A stretch of 64,000 bases of DNA from NCBI GenBank assembly GCA_017533795.1, contig JAFWIH010000005.1, forward strand, positions 130,217 through 194,216, in the 5' to 3' direction. Below, in pieces: positions 28,741 through 38,771 of this stretch (the stretch's first letter is position 1; each line of letters opens with the position of its first letter). Made by a program: the position numbers and the translations under genes. The DNA comes from Clostridia bacterium (GTDB lineage Bacteria; Bacillota; Clostridia; TANB77; CAG-508). The notes beneath the pieces were generated by a model that saw only the letters and a program-made list of their open reading frames with translations, ran no database searches and was not told the DNA's origin.

Positions 28741-28786
28741 AACGGGGATAAGTTCGTCAACCAAAACGAACCCGTCCCCGTTGATT
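28741..28786. repeat. GC-rich intergenic repeat, copy E
   Basis: AACGGGGATAAGTTCG / CGAACCCGTCCCCGTT imperfect hairpin around TCAACCAAAA, between the serS stop and the engB start. Confidence 0.8.
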
Positions 28787-28788
28787 GA

Positions 28789-30072
28789 TTATTTCACCTC
28801 TATTTTTTCAAGTCCACCCATGTAAGGACGAAGTACTTCTGGAATAGTTATACTTCCGTCTGGGTTGTAGTTATTCTCAATAAGTGCTATTAACATACGA
28901 GGTGGGGCAACAACTGTATTATTTAAGGTGTGGGCATAGTAATTACCATTATCACCTTTTATACGAATACCAAGTCTGCGTGATTGTGCATCTGTTAAAT
29001 TAGAACAACTGCAAACTTCAAAATATTTTTGCTGTCTAGGAGACCATGCTTCAACATCTAAACTTTTAGCTTTTAGGTCAGCTAGGTCACCACTACAACA
29101 TTCCAAAGTACGAACAGGAATGTCCATACTTCTAAACAACTCTACAGAATATGACCACATTTTGTCATACCATTTATAACTATCTTCTGGTTCACAAATT
29201 ACAATCATTTCTTGTTTTTCAAATTGATGTATTCTATATACTCCACGTTCTTCTATTCCATGTGCGCCTTTCTCTTTTCTAAAACATGGGGAATATGAGG
29301 TCATTGTATATGGCATATCCTCTTTCTTTAAAATTTGATCTTTGAATTTACCTATCATTGAATGTTCACTTGTACCAATTAAATATAGGTCTTCACCTTC
29401 AATTTTGTACATCATAGCATCCATTTCTTCAAAACTCATAACTCCAGTAACAACATCTGAACGAATCATAAAAGGTGGCACACAATAAGTAAAGCCCTTA
29501 TTTATCATGAAATCACGTGCATAGGTAAGTACTGCAGAGTGAAGTCTTGCTAAATCTCCAACTAAGTAATAAAAGCCTTGACCTGCAACACGTCTAGCAC
29601 TATCTAGGTCTAATCCACCAATTGATTCCATAATTTCACCATGATAAGGTATTTCATAATCTGGAACAACAGGTTCACCATATTTTTTTATTTCAACATT
29701 TTCAGAGTCATCTTTTCCGATAGGAACAGACTCATGCATAATGTTAGGTATACGCATCATTCTTGTTTTTATTTCTTCAGCATAGGTTGCTTCTAATTTT
29801 TCATTTTCTTCAAGTTTGTTATTTATTTCCTGCACTTGGGACTTGATAGCCTCTGCTTCATTTTTTTTGCCCGCTTTCATAAGACTACCAATTTGATTGC
29901 TTAAGGACTTTCTTTCTGCCCTTAAATTATCACCATTTAATTTTGCTTGTCTGTTTTTGCTATCAAGTTCGATAACTTCATCGACAAGTGGTAGCTTATG
30001 GTCTTGAAATTTCTTTTTGATGTTTTCTTTTACAACATCAGGATTTTCCCTTAAAAATTTAATGTCTATCAT
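28789..30072 (-). CDS. serS: Serine--tRNA ligase
   Basis: N-terminal coiled-coil arm plus class II motifs (FRKEKGAHG..., GSGLA-like region). 427 aa. Confidence 0.93.
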   Translation of the reverse strand: MIDIKFLRENPDVVKENIKKKFQDHKLPLVDEVIELDSKNRQAKLNGDNLRAERKSLSNQIGSLMKAGKKNEAEAIKSQVQEINNKLEENEKLEATYAEEIKTRMMRIPNIMHESVPIGKDDSENVEIKKYGEPVVPDYEIPYHGEIMESIGGLDLDSARRVAGQGFYYLVGDLARLHSAVLTYARDFMINKGFTYCVPPFMIRSDVVTGVMSFEEMDAMMYKIEGEDLYLIGTSEHSMIGKFKDQILKKEDMPYTMTSYSPCFRKEKGAHGIEERGVYRIHQFEKQEMIVICEPEDSYKWYDKMWSYSVELFRSMDIPVRTLECCSGDLADLKAKSLDVEAWSPRQQKYFEVCSCSNLTDAQSRRLGIRIKGDNGNYYAHTLNNTVVAPPRMLIALIENNYNPDGSITIPEVLRPYMGGLEKIEVK

Positions 30073-30190
30073 AATAGCCCCTCCTTAAAATTTAATAGTC
30101 TAATTATATCGTAATTTTAAGGATTTTTCAACAAGTTTTAAGCTATTTTTAAGTTTTTATGATATAATTCAAAACGAAAGGGGAAAATAT

Positions 30191-30865
30191 ATGAGGATTT
30201 TATTAATAGAAGATGAAGAAATATTATCGAATTCAATAAAAAATGTTTTAAAAATAGACTATGATGTAGATCAAGCTTTTGATGGAGTTGAAGGTGAGCT
30301 GTATGCTAAACAAGACATTTATGATGTTATTATCCTTGATTTGATGCTACCAGAAAAAAATGGATATGAGGTTTTAGCAGAAATTAGAAAAGAAAAAATA
30401 ATGACGCCAGTAATTATACTTACAGCAAAAGATGGATTAAATGATAAATTACAAGGATTTAATAAAGGTGCGGATGATTATCTTACAAAGCCATTTGAAA
30501 AAGAAGAATTAAAAGCTAGAATTCAAGCAATAACAAGAAGAAATAATCCCGATTTTTATAAAAATGAAATTACATTTAAAGAATTAAGAATAGATTTATC
30601 CACAAGAAAAGCTTTTGTTAGGGATAATGAATTGAATTTGCAGGGGAAACAGTTTGATATGTTAGAGTATTTGATAAACTATAAGAATAGAATACTTACA
30701 AAAGATCAAATATTTGATAAGATATGGGGATTTGAAAGTGATACTACAACAAATGTTGTAGAAGTATATGCAAGTGGAATTAGAAAAGAATTAAAAAAAT
30801 TTGGATATGACAAATATTTTAAAACTGTAAGAGGAGCAGGCTATATGGTAGGAGGTAAAGATTAG
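30191..30865 (+). CDS. OmpR-family response regulator
   Basis: Receiver domain (ILDLMLP, LTAKD) plus a winged-helix C-terminus (VEVYASGIRKEL...VRGAGY). Confidence 0.88.
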   Translation: MRILLIEDEEILSNSIKNVLKIDYDVDQAFDGVEGELYAKQDIYDVIILDLMLPEKNGYEVLAEIRKEKIMTPVIILTAKDGLNDKLQGFNKGADDYLTKPFEKEELKARIQAITRRNNPDFYKNEITFKELRIDLSTRKAFVRDNELNLQGKQFDMLEYLINYKNRILTKDQIFDKIWGFESDTTTNVVEVYASGIRKELKKFGYDKYFKTVRGAGYMVGGKD

Positions 30866-32166
30866 TGAGCGAAGAAAAACAAGTAAAAAGGCAACTTCTT
30901 AAAAATATGCTTTTAAATTTGATAACATTTTCAATTATTTTTTATATCTTAGGAGTAATAATATTTGCTCAATTTAAGAATACTTTATACAATTCTGCAG
31001 ATAATGAATTAAAAAATTCACAGATGAGGGAATTAAATTTAGCAAATGAAAAAAAACAGGTACCATTTCCAGATATGGAAACAGATGAAAAGAATAAACT
31101 TGAACCAGAAAACTCAAAAAATGATTTGAATGAAAAAAGTCATAGCCCAAGGGTAGTCATAATTCAAAGAAATGAAAATGGCGAAATTGAATCAGACTCT
31201 GAAATAAACAGCTCTCTTAATAGCATTTTTGAATCTGCAATATTTAATAAAAATAGTATTGGCGAAATATATGAAACAGAAATTGAGGGATATGAATATA
31301 GAGGAATTAATTATAAAAATAGTGATGGAACCTATAAACAGCTGCTAATAAATATAGATTCAGAAAAAGAAATTTCAAAAAAATTTATTACAAATTTAAC
31401 AATTTCGTTTACATTGAGTTTAGTAGCAATACTAGTAGCAAGTTATGTCCTATCAAGAAAAACACTAAAACCAATTGTTGAATCATGGAAAAAACAAAAT
31501 CAATTTGTACAGGATGCATCTCATGAACTTAGAACGCCATTATCAATTATTAAAATAAAGCAAGAAAGCCTATTAGAAAATCCAGAGAGTAAAATAATTG
31601 ATAATGCAGAAGATATAAGTATTACATTAAAAGAAACACAACGTCTTACAAAGCTTATAAAAGAATTGATGGAAATTGCAAGAAGTGATTCAAATCAAAT
31701 AAAACTAAATAAAGAATTATTTGAAGCAGATAAAGAAATAAATGATTTGGTTTTGCTATATAAAGAAATAGCTGAAAATGACGGAAAAATATTAACTACA
31801 GATTTAAAATACAATGAAGAATTATATGCTGATATAAATAAGTTAAAAGAATTAATTGTCATTCTTTTAGATAATAGTATTAAATATACTAATAAAGGAG
31901 ACAGCATTGATATAAGAACATATAAAAAAGATAATAGATTTGTTTTAGAAATAGAAGATACAGGAATTGGAATAAGTAAAGAAGCAATTGATCATGTATT
32001 TGAAAGATTTTATAGAGAAGAAAAATCTAGAAATAGACAAAAAGGTGGAATGGGACTAGGTCTTTCAATTGCATATAACATTGTAATGCTCCATAAAGGA
32101 ACCATAAAATATGAAAGAAACAGAGATGTTGGAACAAAAGTAATTGTTACTCTACCAAGAAAATAA
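30865..32166 (+). CDS. Sensor histidine kinase (HisKA and HATPase_c)
   Basis: H-box SHELRTPLS, N-box LDNSIKYT, G-boxes DTGIGI and GGMGLGLSI. Two TM helices. Confidence 0.88.
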   Translation: MSEEKQVKRQLLKNMLLNLITFSIIFYILGVIIFAQFKNTLYNSADNELKNSQMRELNLANEKKQVPFPDMETDEKNKLEPENSKNDLNEKSHSPRVVIIQRNENGEIESDSEINSSLNSIFESAIFNKNSIGEIYETEIEGYEYRGINYKNSDGTYKQLLINIDSEKEISKKFITNLTISFTLSLVAILVASYVLSRKTLKPIVESWKKQNQFVQDASHELRTPLSIIKIKQESLLENPESKIIDNAEDISITLKETQRLTKLIKELMEIARSDSNQIKLNKELFEADKEINDLVLLYKEIAENDGKILTTDLKYNEELYADINKLKELIVILLDNSIKYTNKGDSIDIRTYKKDNRFVLEIEDTGIGISKEAIDHVFERFYREEKSRNRQKGGMGLGLSIAYNIVMLHKGTIKYERNRDVGTKVIVTLPRK

Positions 32167-32291
32167 AAATCTTTCATTTGATACTTAGGAAAAAACTTTG
32201 AAAATTTTTTGAAAAAATTTTTCCCTTTAAGGAAAGTTTAAGCTTTAGTGTTTATAATGGGATCAAATAATAAAACAAGGAGGAAAAAATT

Positions 32292-32585
32292 ATGAAAGAG
32301 AAAATTTTAACATTTATTATAGGAGTGTTGGTAGGAGCAATTCTTGCAACAGGGGGATATTACTTTTACTCAAAAGCAAACAATAACAATCATAGGGGAA
32401 TGCCTGGTGGAGAAAGACCAGCTATGATGAATCAAGATGGAGAGGACTCAGATAGAGGTACACCACCAGAAAAACCTTCAGATGATGATGGAAATGGACC
32501 AAAAGGCGCTCCAGACCAAAATGATAATTCAAACAACACTCAAGAAGACAATACAAATACAGATCAAACAGAAAATAATGTTTAA
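32292..32585 (+). CDS. Small membrane-anchored low-complexity protein
   Basis: GGAGG SD. One TM helix, then a Pro/Asp/Gly/Asn-rich tail. Confidence 0.5.
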   Translation: MKEKILTFIIGVLVGAILATGGYYFYSKANNNNHRGMPGGERPAMMNQDGEDSDRGTPPEKPSDDDGNGPKGAPDQNDNSNNTQEDNTNTDQTENNV

Positions 32586-32632
32586 GAATTTTGCTAAATA
32601 ATGTTACAAATAGCAAAAGAAAGGACAAAAAT

Positions 32633-33958
32633 ATGAAAAAGGGTACAATAATTCAAATTATAATTATAATTGCATTAGTTATTATTCTATGTTTAATGTG
32701 CAAAATACTTATATTTGATAATAACAACGAAATGCAGCGAGGTCCACAAGAGATGGAACAATTAAGCGGCGAAACCTCAGTAGATGCAAAAGGTGCAACT
32801 GAAGTTACAGATGAACAAACTTTAAATGGAACCTATGAATCGTCAACATCAGACGAATCTCCAATAAAAGTTTCAGATGGAGGAAATGCAACTATAGAAA
32901 ATTCAATAATTAACAAATCTGGAGGAGATGCCAGTAATACTGAAAGTAGTGAATTTTACGGAGTAAATGCAGGAATATTAACAACTAAAAATAGTACAAC
33001 TACAATTAAAAATTCAAAAATTACAACTAATGCAAAGGGAGCAAACGCAGTGTTTGCAACAGGAGAAGATGCAAAAGTATATGTATATGACACAGAAATA
33101 ACTACAACAGGGTCAAGTTCTTCAAGAGGTTTAGATGCAACTTATGGAGGATACATTGAGGCTAATAACGTAAAAATTACAACGCAAGGTGGAAGTTGCG
33201 CAACACTTGCTACAGATAGAGGAGAAGGAACAGTTATAGCAAAGAATTCTACTTTTGAAACAAATGGATCAGGTTCACCAATAATATATTCAACAGGAGA
33301 CATTTCAATTGAAAATTCAAAAGGTACAGCCAATGGAGCACAGATGACAGTAATAGAAGGAAAAAATATAGCAACAGTTACAAATTCAACATTAACATGT
33401 TCTGGAAAAGGAAATAGAAATGATGTAGATAATTGTGGAATAATGATATATCAAAGTATGTCAGGTGATGCAGGTGAAGGTACAGGAACATTTAATAGTA
33501 GTAACTCAACACTAGAAATTACAACAGATTCAAGTTATTATAAAACAGCACCATTCTTCTTTATAACAAATACAGATGCAGTTATAAACTTAGAAAACAA
33601 TAATATAAAATATGGTAGTGATACTCTTTTAAGTGCTAAAGGAACAAGTGAATGGGGAACATCTGGAAGCAATGGTGGCAATGTTACTTTAAATGCAACT
33701 AAACAAAAACTAGAAGGAAACATCGAAGCGGATAATCTTAGTACAGTAGTTATAAATTTAAATGATAATAGTAGTTTAGAAGGTACAATAAATAGTAATA
33801 ACACAGCAAAAAGCATAACTTTAAAATTAGACAGTTCTTCAACAATCACATTAACTGGAGATTGCTATGTAACAAGTTTAGATGATAGTGATTCAACTTA
33901 TAGCAATATAAACTTTAATGGTCATAAATTATATGTAAATGGAACTGCAATAAATTAG
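32633..33958 (+). CDS. Secreted or membrane-anchored protein with beta-helix-like repeats
   Basis: MKKGTIIQIIIIIALVI anchor. Repetitive N(S/A)T...I.N(S/T) turns suggest a parallel beta-helix. The start at 32633 is preferred over 32591. Confidence 0.55.
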   Translation: MKKGTIIQIIIIIALVIILCLMCKILIFDNNNEMQRGPQEMEQLSGETSVDAKGATEVTDEQTLNGTYESSTSDESPIKVSDGGNATIENSIINKSGGDASNTESSEFYGVNAGILTTKNSTTTIKNSKITTNAKGANAVFATGEDAKVYVYDTEITTTGSSSSRGLDATYGGYIEANNVKITTQGGSCATLATDRGEGTVIAKNSTFETNGSGSPIIYSTGDISIENSKGTANGAQMTVIEGKNIATVTNSTLTCSGKGNRNDVDNCGIMIYQSMSGDAGEGTGTFNSSNSTLEITTDSSYYKTAPFFFITNTDAVINLENNNIKYGSDTLLSAKGTSEWGTSGSNGGNVTLNATKQKLEGNIEADNLSTVVINLNDNSSLEGTINSNNTAKSITLKLDSSSTITLTGDCYVTSLDDSDSTYSNINFNGHKLYVNGTAIN

Positions 33959-33959
33959 A

Positions 33960-33988
33960 GAAAGGTGGTTATGACCACCTTTCTTTTT
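33960..33988 (+). terminator. Intrinsic terminator
   Basis: Stem GAAAGGTGGT / ACCACCTTTC, 4-nt loop, T5. Confidence 0.7.
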
Positions 33989-34058
33989 GCTTTTATATAA
34001 AAAATATGATATATTTATACTGAATTAAACTCAAATACAAATTGAAGGAGTAGAAATA

Positions 34059-35694
34059 ATGAAAAATGTTTATGATGCAACAGATGAACGAAAACGAGAG
34101 ATAATTGAATTAGAAAATATAGACATGATACTTAGAAAAAGATGGACACATGTTGGAATAGAAGACTTAGTATTAGTTAGAACATGTAACATATTTCCTA
34201 TGAATGGAATAGTACATCCAACAGATATAAATGAAATAACACAGCAAAAATCTAGTAATTGGACATTAAATGGAGCAATTTTAAATGGGGATGATTTTAT
34301 AATAGTTGAACCATTTATAGAACAAGTAAATAATCCAAATTTAGCTAATATAAATGAATTAGATACATGGTTTAATGGAGATTTAAAATTATCAAAGAAG
34401 TCAATTATTTTAATTTCAGAAGAAGTGTATAGAATCTTATTTAATGAAAATGCTCAATTTAGAGATGAAGTAGAAAAATATAATATAGCTTTATTTAGAG
34501 GTGATGAGAATTTAGCTTTACAATTGTTATTTAATAATAAACATTTTACATATTTAAATCTGAGCGAAAATGGAGTTATACCAGATAAATATGGAGATAT
34601 CGCTCAATATATAAAACAATTGCAAGATATAGAAAGGCAAGTAACACTCAAATTACAGCAAATAGGACAAAATGTTACATATGGAGAGAAACAAGTGTAT
34701 TATGAAGACGTAGAGCAAGCAAAAAAAGATGTCAATTCATTTAATACATGGCAACAAGTAGAAGAGGAACAATTATATATAGAAAATATAAATAAACGTA
34801 ATTCTAAAATGATAAGTGGACTAACTCCTGAAGTGGAAGGAGATATAGAACTAGATGAAGACTGCTATGCATCAACAGGAATTGGAAAAATTAGAGAAAA
34901 TCAAGAAGATGCAGTTTTGTTAGTAAAAGATAAAGAAATATCAGATTTTAAAATGTTGGTTGTTGCTGATGGAATGGGAGGAGAGCAAAAAGGAGAACTT
35001 GCTAGCCATCTAATAGTAAACAAACTAAAAGACTGGTTTGAAGGGTTAAGCACAGAAGAAAAAGAACTATATTATTCATCAGTTGAAAATTTGGAAGAAG
35101 ATTTAAAAAATAAAATACAAGAAATTTCATTTGATGTAGATTGGCACTTATATCGGGTTTGGTGGAGCTACTTTAGTATGTGCTGTAATTGGCAAGAAAG
35201 ATACATTAATTATAAATGTAGGAGATTCAAGGGCATATATAATTAATAAAGGAAAACTAGAACAAATATCAGTAGATGATGCAATTGTTCAAGAAGAATT
35301 AGAAAAAGGGAACATTCCGAATAAAGATGCAATGAGATTTCATAAAGATGCAGCTGGAATAACACAATGCATTGGTATGGGACTAGTAGACAATATACAT
35401 TCTAAGGTATTAAGCAAGAGCGATTATGATATGTTGTTATTATTTAGTGATGGTGTAACAGACTGTTTATCAGAAGATGATATTTCAGTAATATGCAATA
35501 CTACAAATAGAAAAGAAGTAATAAAAAAAATCGTTCAAAGAGCAATAGAACATGATTCGATTGCATCAAATGAATTATATGAAAACTATTCAGAATTTAA
35601 AATGTATATTCCAGGAGGAAAGGATAATACAACTGCAGCAGCGTTTATAAATGAAAGTAATAGAGTAGAAGAAGAAAAGAGTGAAGAAAGATAG
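34059..35694 (+). CDS. Protein with an unknown 270-aa N-terminal domain and a C-terminal PP2C-type Ser/Thr phosphatase domain. Needs a +1 shift at the in-frame CGG at 35154.
   Basis: VVADGMGGEQKGELAS lies in frame 0. GFGGATLVCAVIGKKDTLIINVGDSRAY...LLLFSDGVTD lies in frame +1 (track ORFs 34059..35246 and 35332..35694). Confidence 0.75.
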
Positions 35695-35711
35695 AAGAGG
35701 AGAGAAACTAA

Positions 35712-36278
35712 ATGGATTACGTAAAAGAAGTAGAAAATTATGTTATGGATAGAATAAAATGGCATAAAGAAACAGCAGATGATCACTTTGATTTCTGGAA
35801 TGAACATATAAAATATGTATATACAGAAGCAATTAAACTTGCTGAAAAGTATAATGCAGATTCAGAAATTGTAAAAATAGGAGCACTACTCCACGATATT
35901 GCATTAATTAACAAAGTAGGAACAAAGGTAGACCATCATATTAATGGTGCTAAAATAGCAGCGGAAGTTTTAACCAAGTTACAATATCCACATAATAGAA
36001 TACAAAGAGTTGTAGGATGTGTTTATAACCACAGAAGCAGTAAGAATGCAACAAACATTGATGAACTATGTGTTGCTGATGGTGATATATTGGCACATTT
36101 TGATAATATTCCTATGTTATTTGATATTATGTTTAATGTAAGAGGAATGCAATTAGCTGAAGGACGTGAAGAGATGAAAAAATATATAGAAAAAGATTAT
36201 AATGACTTAAGTGATAGAACAAAAAAAGTATTTAAAGATAGATATGAGGTTATAAAAGATGTTTTAATAGCAAAATAA
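35712..36278 (+). CDS. HD-domain phosphohydrolase
   Basis: GALLHDIAL (HD motif) and downstream His residues. 188 aa. Confidence 0.7.
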   Translation: MDYVKEVENYVMDRIKWHKETADDHFDFWNEHIKYVYTEAIKLAEKYNADSEIVKIGALLHDIALINKVGTKVDHHINGAKIAAEVLTKLQYPHNRIQRVVGCVYNHRSSKNATNIDELCVADGDILAHFDNIPMLFDIMFNVRGMQLAEGREEMKKYIEKDYNDLSDRTKKVFKDRYEVIKDVLIAK

Positions 36279-36407
36279 TATTTTTTTTTCTTTGTTTTTT
36301 TTAATTGTAATTATATTAATTTTATAATAAAATATTAATGTAAATTTAACACAACAGAAATAATTATATGATACAATACACAAGAATAATTGTGCGAGGT
36401 GGATTAA

Positions 36408-37895
36408 ATGGATGCACATGAACTAGCTGAAAAGCTAAAGAATACTCAACCTAAAACAGTTGAAGCACTTGAAGAAGTAGTAAAATGGTGTAGTGATAAT
36501 GCAGATAATTTAAATATAGGTGATTCAGATCAAAAGTATTTATATACTATGGCTACAAAATATTTGATGCAAATAAAGATAGGAAGATGGAATGATGATG
36601 ATGCAAAGGTAGCTGTACATACACTTGCAAAAATGTCAGCTTCGGAAATGGATATTGATGAAGAAGTTGCAGTGAAAATTCTTTCTGATGAAGAATATCA
36701 AGCTATGGCTAGGAGTAAAACGTCAAGAGCAGTATGTGTAAATCATGGTGATGATACCTATACTGTAGTCTATTCTCCAAAGGTAATTGAACAATTAAAA
36801 AGTAATCATCAAGATGATTTTCTAGATGGATTACAAACTGTTTTTCATGAAGTAGTACATGCTCAACAAGGAAGTGCAATACATAGAGCTGAAATAAATG
36901 GTCAAACTGTAGAATGGTCTGGCAATACATATAGATCAGCATTGGAAACAATAGTAAGACAGATAAAACCAGAATTTTATTATGACAATTATGATTCATT
37001 ATTTAAAGAGAATCAAGCACAATTTATTGGATTACAGAAAGCATTGGTATATATAAAAGCACTTAGTCCAAAACTTTATGAATTGTATGATGAACACGAA
37101 ATGATAGATAGATTACAAGGTTATGCAGACAAAATGAATGATGATAGGGACATGACATTTGGAAGTGTAACTGCTAGAGGAGATTCTTTAGTAGATATGA
37201 TATGCAGATTATATATAAAAGACCATCCAGAACAAATAAAAGAGTTTCCAATATTGCAAAGAGCATATAATGAAGATGGAAGAAAGAAAGATATAATTCA
37301 ATTGTTGCAGGATAGACAGGCACTAATTGATAGTGGACAAGCAAATGCTAAAACAGATGAATTGTATGAAACGATAGCTAATTATAGAAATTATGAAAAA
37401 GGAGAATTAAGAGGAGAATTAGATGCTTTAGATGAGTATGTAGCCGCAACAGGAACAGATGATGAATTTGTATTTCAGCTTATTGAACAAAGATTAGGGA
37501 GGACAACTTTAGATGAGCAAGTAGTTGCAAAATATATGGAAGATACAAGAAGACAGGCAGAAATAGCTAGAGGAAGAATTCAATCTGAAGCAGAATTAAA
37601 AGAAATAGAGAAAGAAGAACAAGAAATAGCACCTAGAGAAGAAGAAAGTATAAAGGATGAGGTCGGAGACCAATTTGAGCCTAAAACGGAAGGACAGAAG
37701 CAAGAAGAAGTACAGGTAGAGGCTATGTGGCAGAACAGATTTCAATCTTGGGATAGAAATTCAGTAAATCTTCCTAATGGTGCAAAAAGGAAAGAGGAAG
37801 CAGTAAGGGTTATGCAAGATATTGAAAGAGAAAGAAGAGAACAAGACAGAGAACAACAAATGAAAGATAATGAGCAAGAACATATGCAAAGGTAG
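36408..37895 (+). CDS. Hypothetical protein with an HExxH motif and a highly charged Glu/Arg/Gln-rich C-terminus
   Basis: FHEVVHAQQ at about residue 147. No other domain recognised. Local GC content looks higher than its surroundings. Confidence 0.5.
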   Translation: MDAHELAEKLKNTQPKTVEALEEVVKWCSDNADNLNIGDSDQKYLYTMATKYLMQIKIGRWNDDDAKVAVHTLAKMSASEMDIDEEVAVKILSDEEYQAMARSKTSRAVCVNHGDDTYTVVYSPKVIEQLKSNHQDDFLDGLQTVFHEVVHAQQGSAIHRAEINGQTVEWSGNTYRSALETIVRQIKPEFYYDNYDSLFKENQAQFIGLQKALVYIKALSPKLYELYDEHEMIDRLQGYADKMNDDRDMTFGSVTARGDSLVDMICRLYIKDHPEQIKEFPILQRAYNEDGRKKDIIQLLQDRQALIDSGQANAKTDELYETIANYRNYEKGELRGELDALDEYVAATGTDDEFVFQLIEQRLGRTTLDEQVVAKYMEDTRRQAEIARGRIQSEAELKEIEKEEQEIAPREEESIKDEVGDQFEPKTEGQKQEEVQVEAMWQNRFQSWDRNSVNLPNGAKRKEEAVRVMQDIERERREQDREQQMKDNEQEHMQR

Positions 37896-37901
37896 GTAAA
37901 A

Positions 37902-38354
37902 ATGAAAGAAAGTTATAGAGAAGCATTTTCGGAAATAAGTGATATATTTAAATTAATGCCAACTGTAATGTTAGATAAGATTCCAAGTAGATTTAAACAG
38001 ATTATAGAACAGGAAAAATCGACAACATATAGTGCAAGAATACAAGAACCATTAGAGGAATGTGTTCTAAAAGAAGAGACAATAATTATTTTGGCACTAA
38101 TATATAGAGATTTTTTATGTGACAAGACGGAAAGTGAACAACTAAAATTAAGAGATGCAAGAAAAATAAGGGAAGCAGAGGATGAATTAAGAGAAAAATA
38201 TAATCCTGATGATATATTTAAAAATAAGAGAACATCTAAAAGTAATGTTAATAATACTGAAAACTATACAACAAATTTACCAGCAACAATAAAACAAGAG
38301 CCATTATATAAGAAAATATTAAGTATTATAAAGAAATTTTTACATTTTACCTAA
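37902..38354 (+). CDS. Hypothetical protein (150 aa)
   Basis: Starts 4 nt after the stop of the previous gene. No recognisable motif. Confidence 0.5.
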   Translation: MKESYREAFSEISDIFKLMPTVMLDKIPSRFKQIIEQEKSTTYSARIQEPLEECVLKEETIIILALIYRDFLCDKTESEQLKLRDARKIREAEDELREKYNPDDIFKNKRTSKSNVNNTENYTTNLPATIKQEPLYKKILSIIKKFLHFT

Positions 38355-38437
38355 AAATAGGAAAGTCACAATAGTGTTCTAACTGAACCCCCATACGAAT
38401 ACAATTAAACAAAAGTATTCATGTGGGGGTTATTCTA

Positions 38438-38692
38438 ATGCGAGGAATATCAATAGAAGAACGTGCTACAAACATAGCACATTATATAATAGATTCAAAA
38501 GATACAGTTAGGGGAGCAGCTGCAAAATTTGGAATAAGCAAAAGCACAGTACACAAGGATGTATCTGAAAGACTTAAAAAAATTAACCCAGTATTAGCAA
38601 AAGAAGTACGTGTAATTCTTGACGAAAATAAGGCAGAAAGACATATTAGAGGAGGAATGGCTACGAAACTAAAGTATAGTCATAAAACTTGA
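38438..38692 (+). CDS. spoIIID: Sporulation transcriptional regulator SpoIIID
   Basis: AAKFGISKSTVHKDVSERL (HTH) and RHIRGGMATKLKY. ATG at 38438 is preferred over the GTG at 38423. Confidence 0.9.
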   Translation: MRGISIEERATNIAHYIIDSKDTVRGAAAKFGISKSTVHKDVSERLKKINPVLAKEVRVILDENKAERHIRGGMATKLKYSHKT

Positions 38693-38718
38693 GTTGTAAA
38701 GAAAGCTCAAGTTTTTTT
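38686..38718 (+). terminator. Intrinsic terminator after spoIIID
   Basis: Stem AACTTGAG / CTCAAGTT followed by T7. Confidence 0.6.
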
Positions 38719-38771
38719 ATGTCACAAACCTCAAGAATTCGACATATTATATAATATCCTATCATTTTGGG

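Noticed and set aside
28701-30190. T-box leaders upstream of serS, and likewise gltX and the ProRS-like gene.
   Set aside because: The upstream spacers are only 70-120 nt, or the gene overlaps its neighbour. No specifier-loop or T-box sequence is visible.
35139-35145. An alternative PP2C frameshift point at GAT-T-GGC (a TGG codon at 35142).
   Set aside because: It is allowed by the open frames, since the +1 frame opens at 35140, and gives an equally plausible sequence. However, the CGG at 35154 also lies in the window and matches the other four sites. The TGG position cannot be excluded without homologues.
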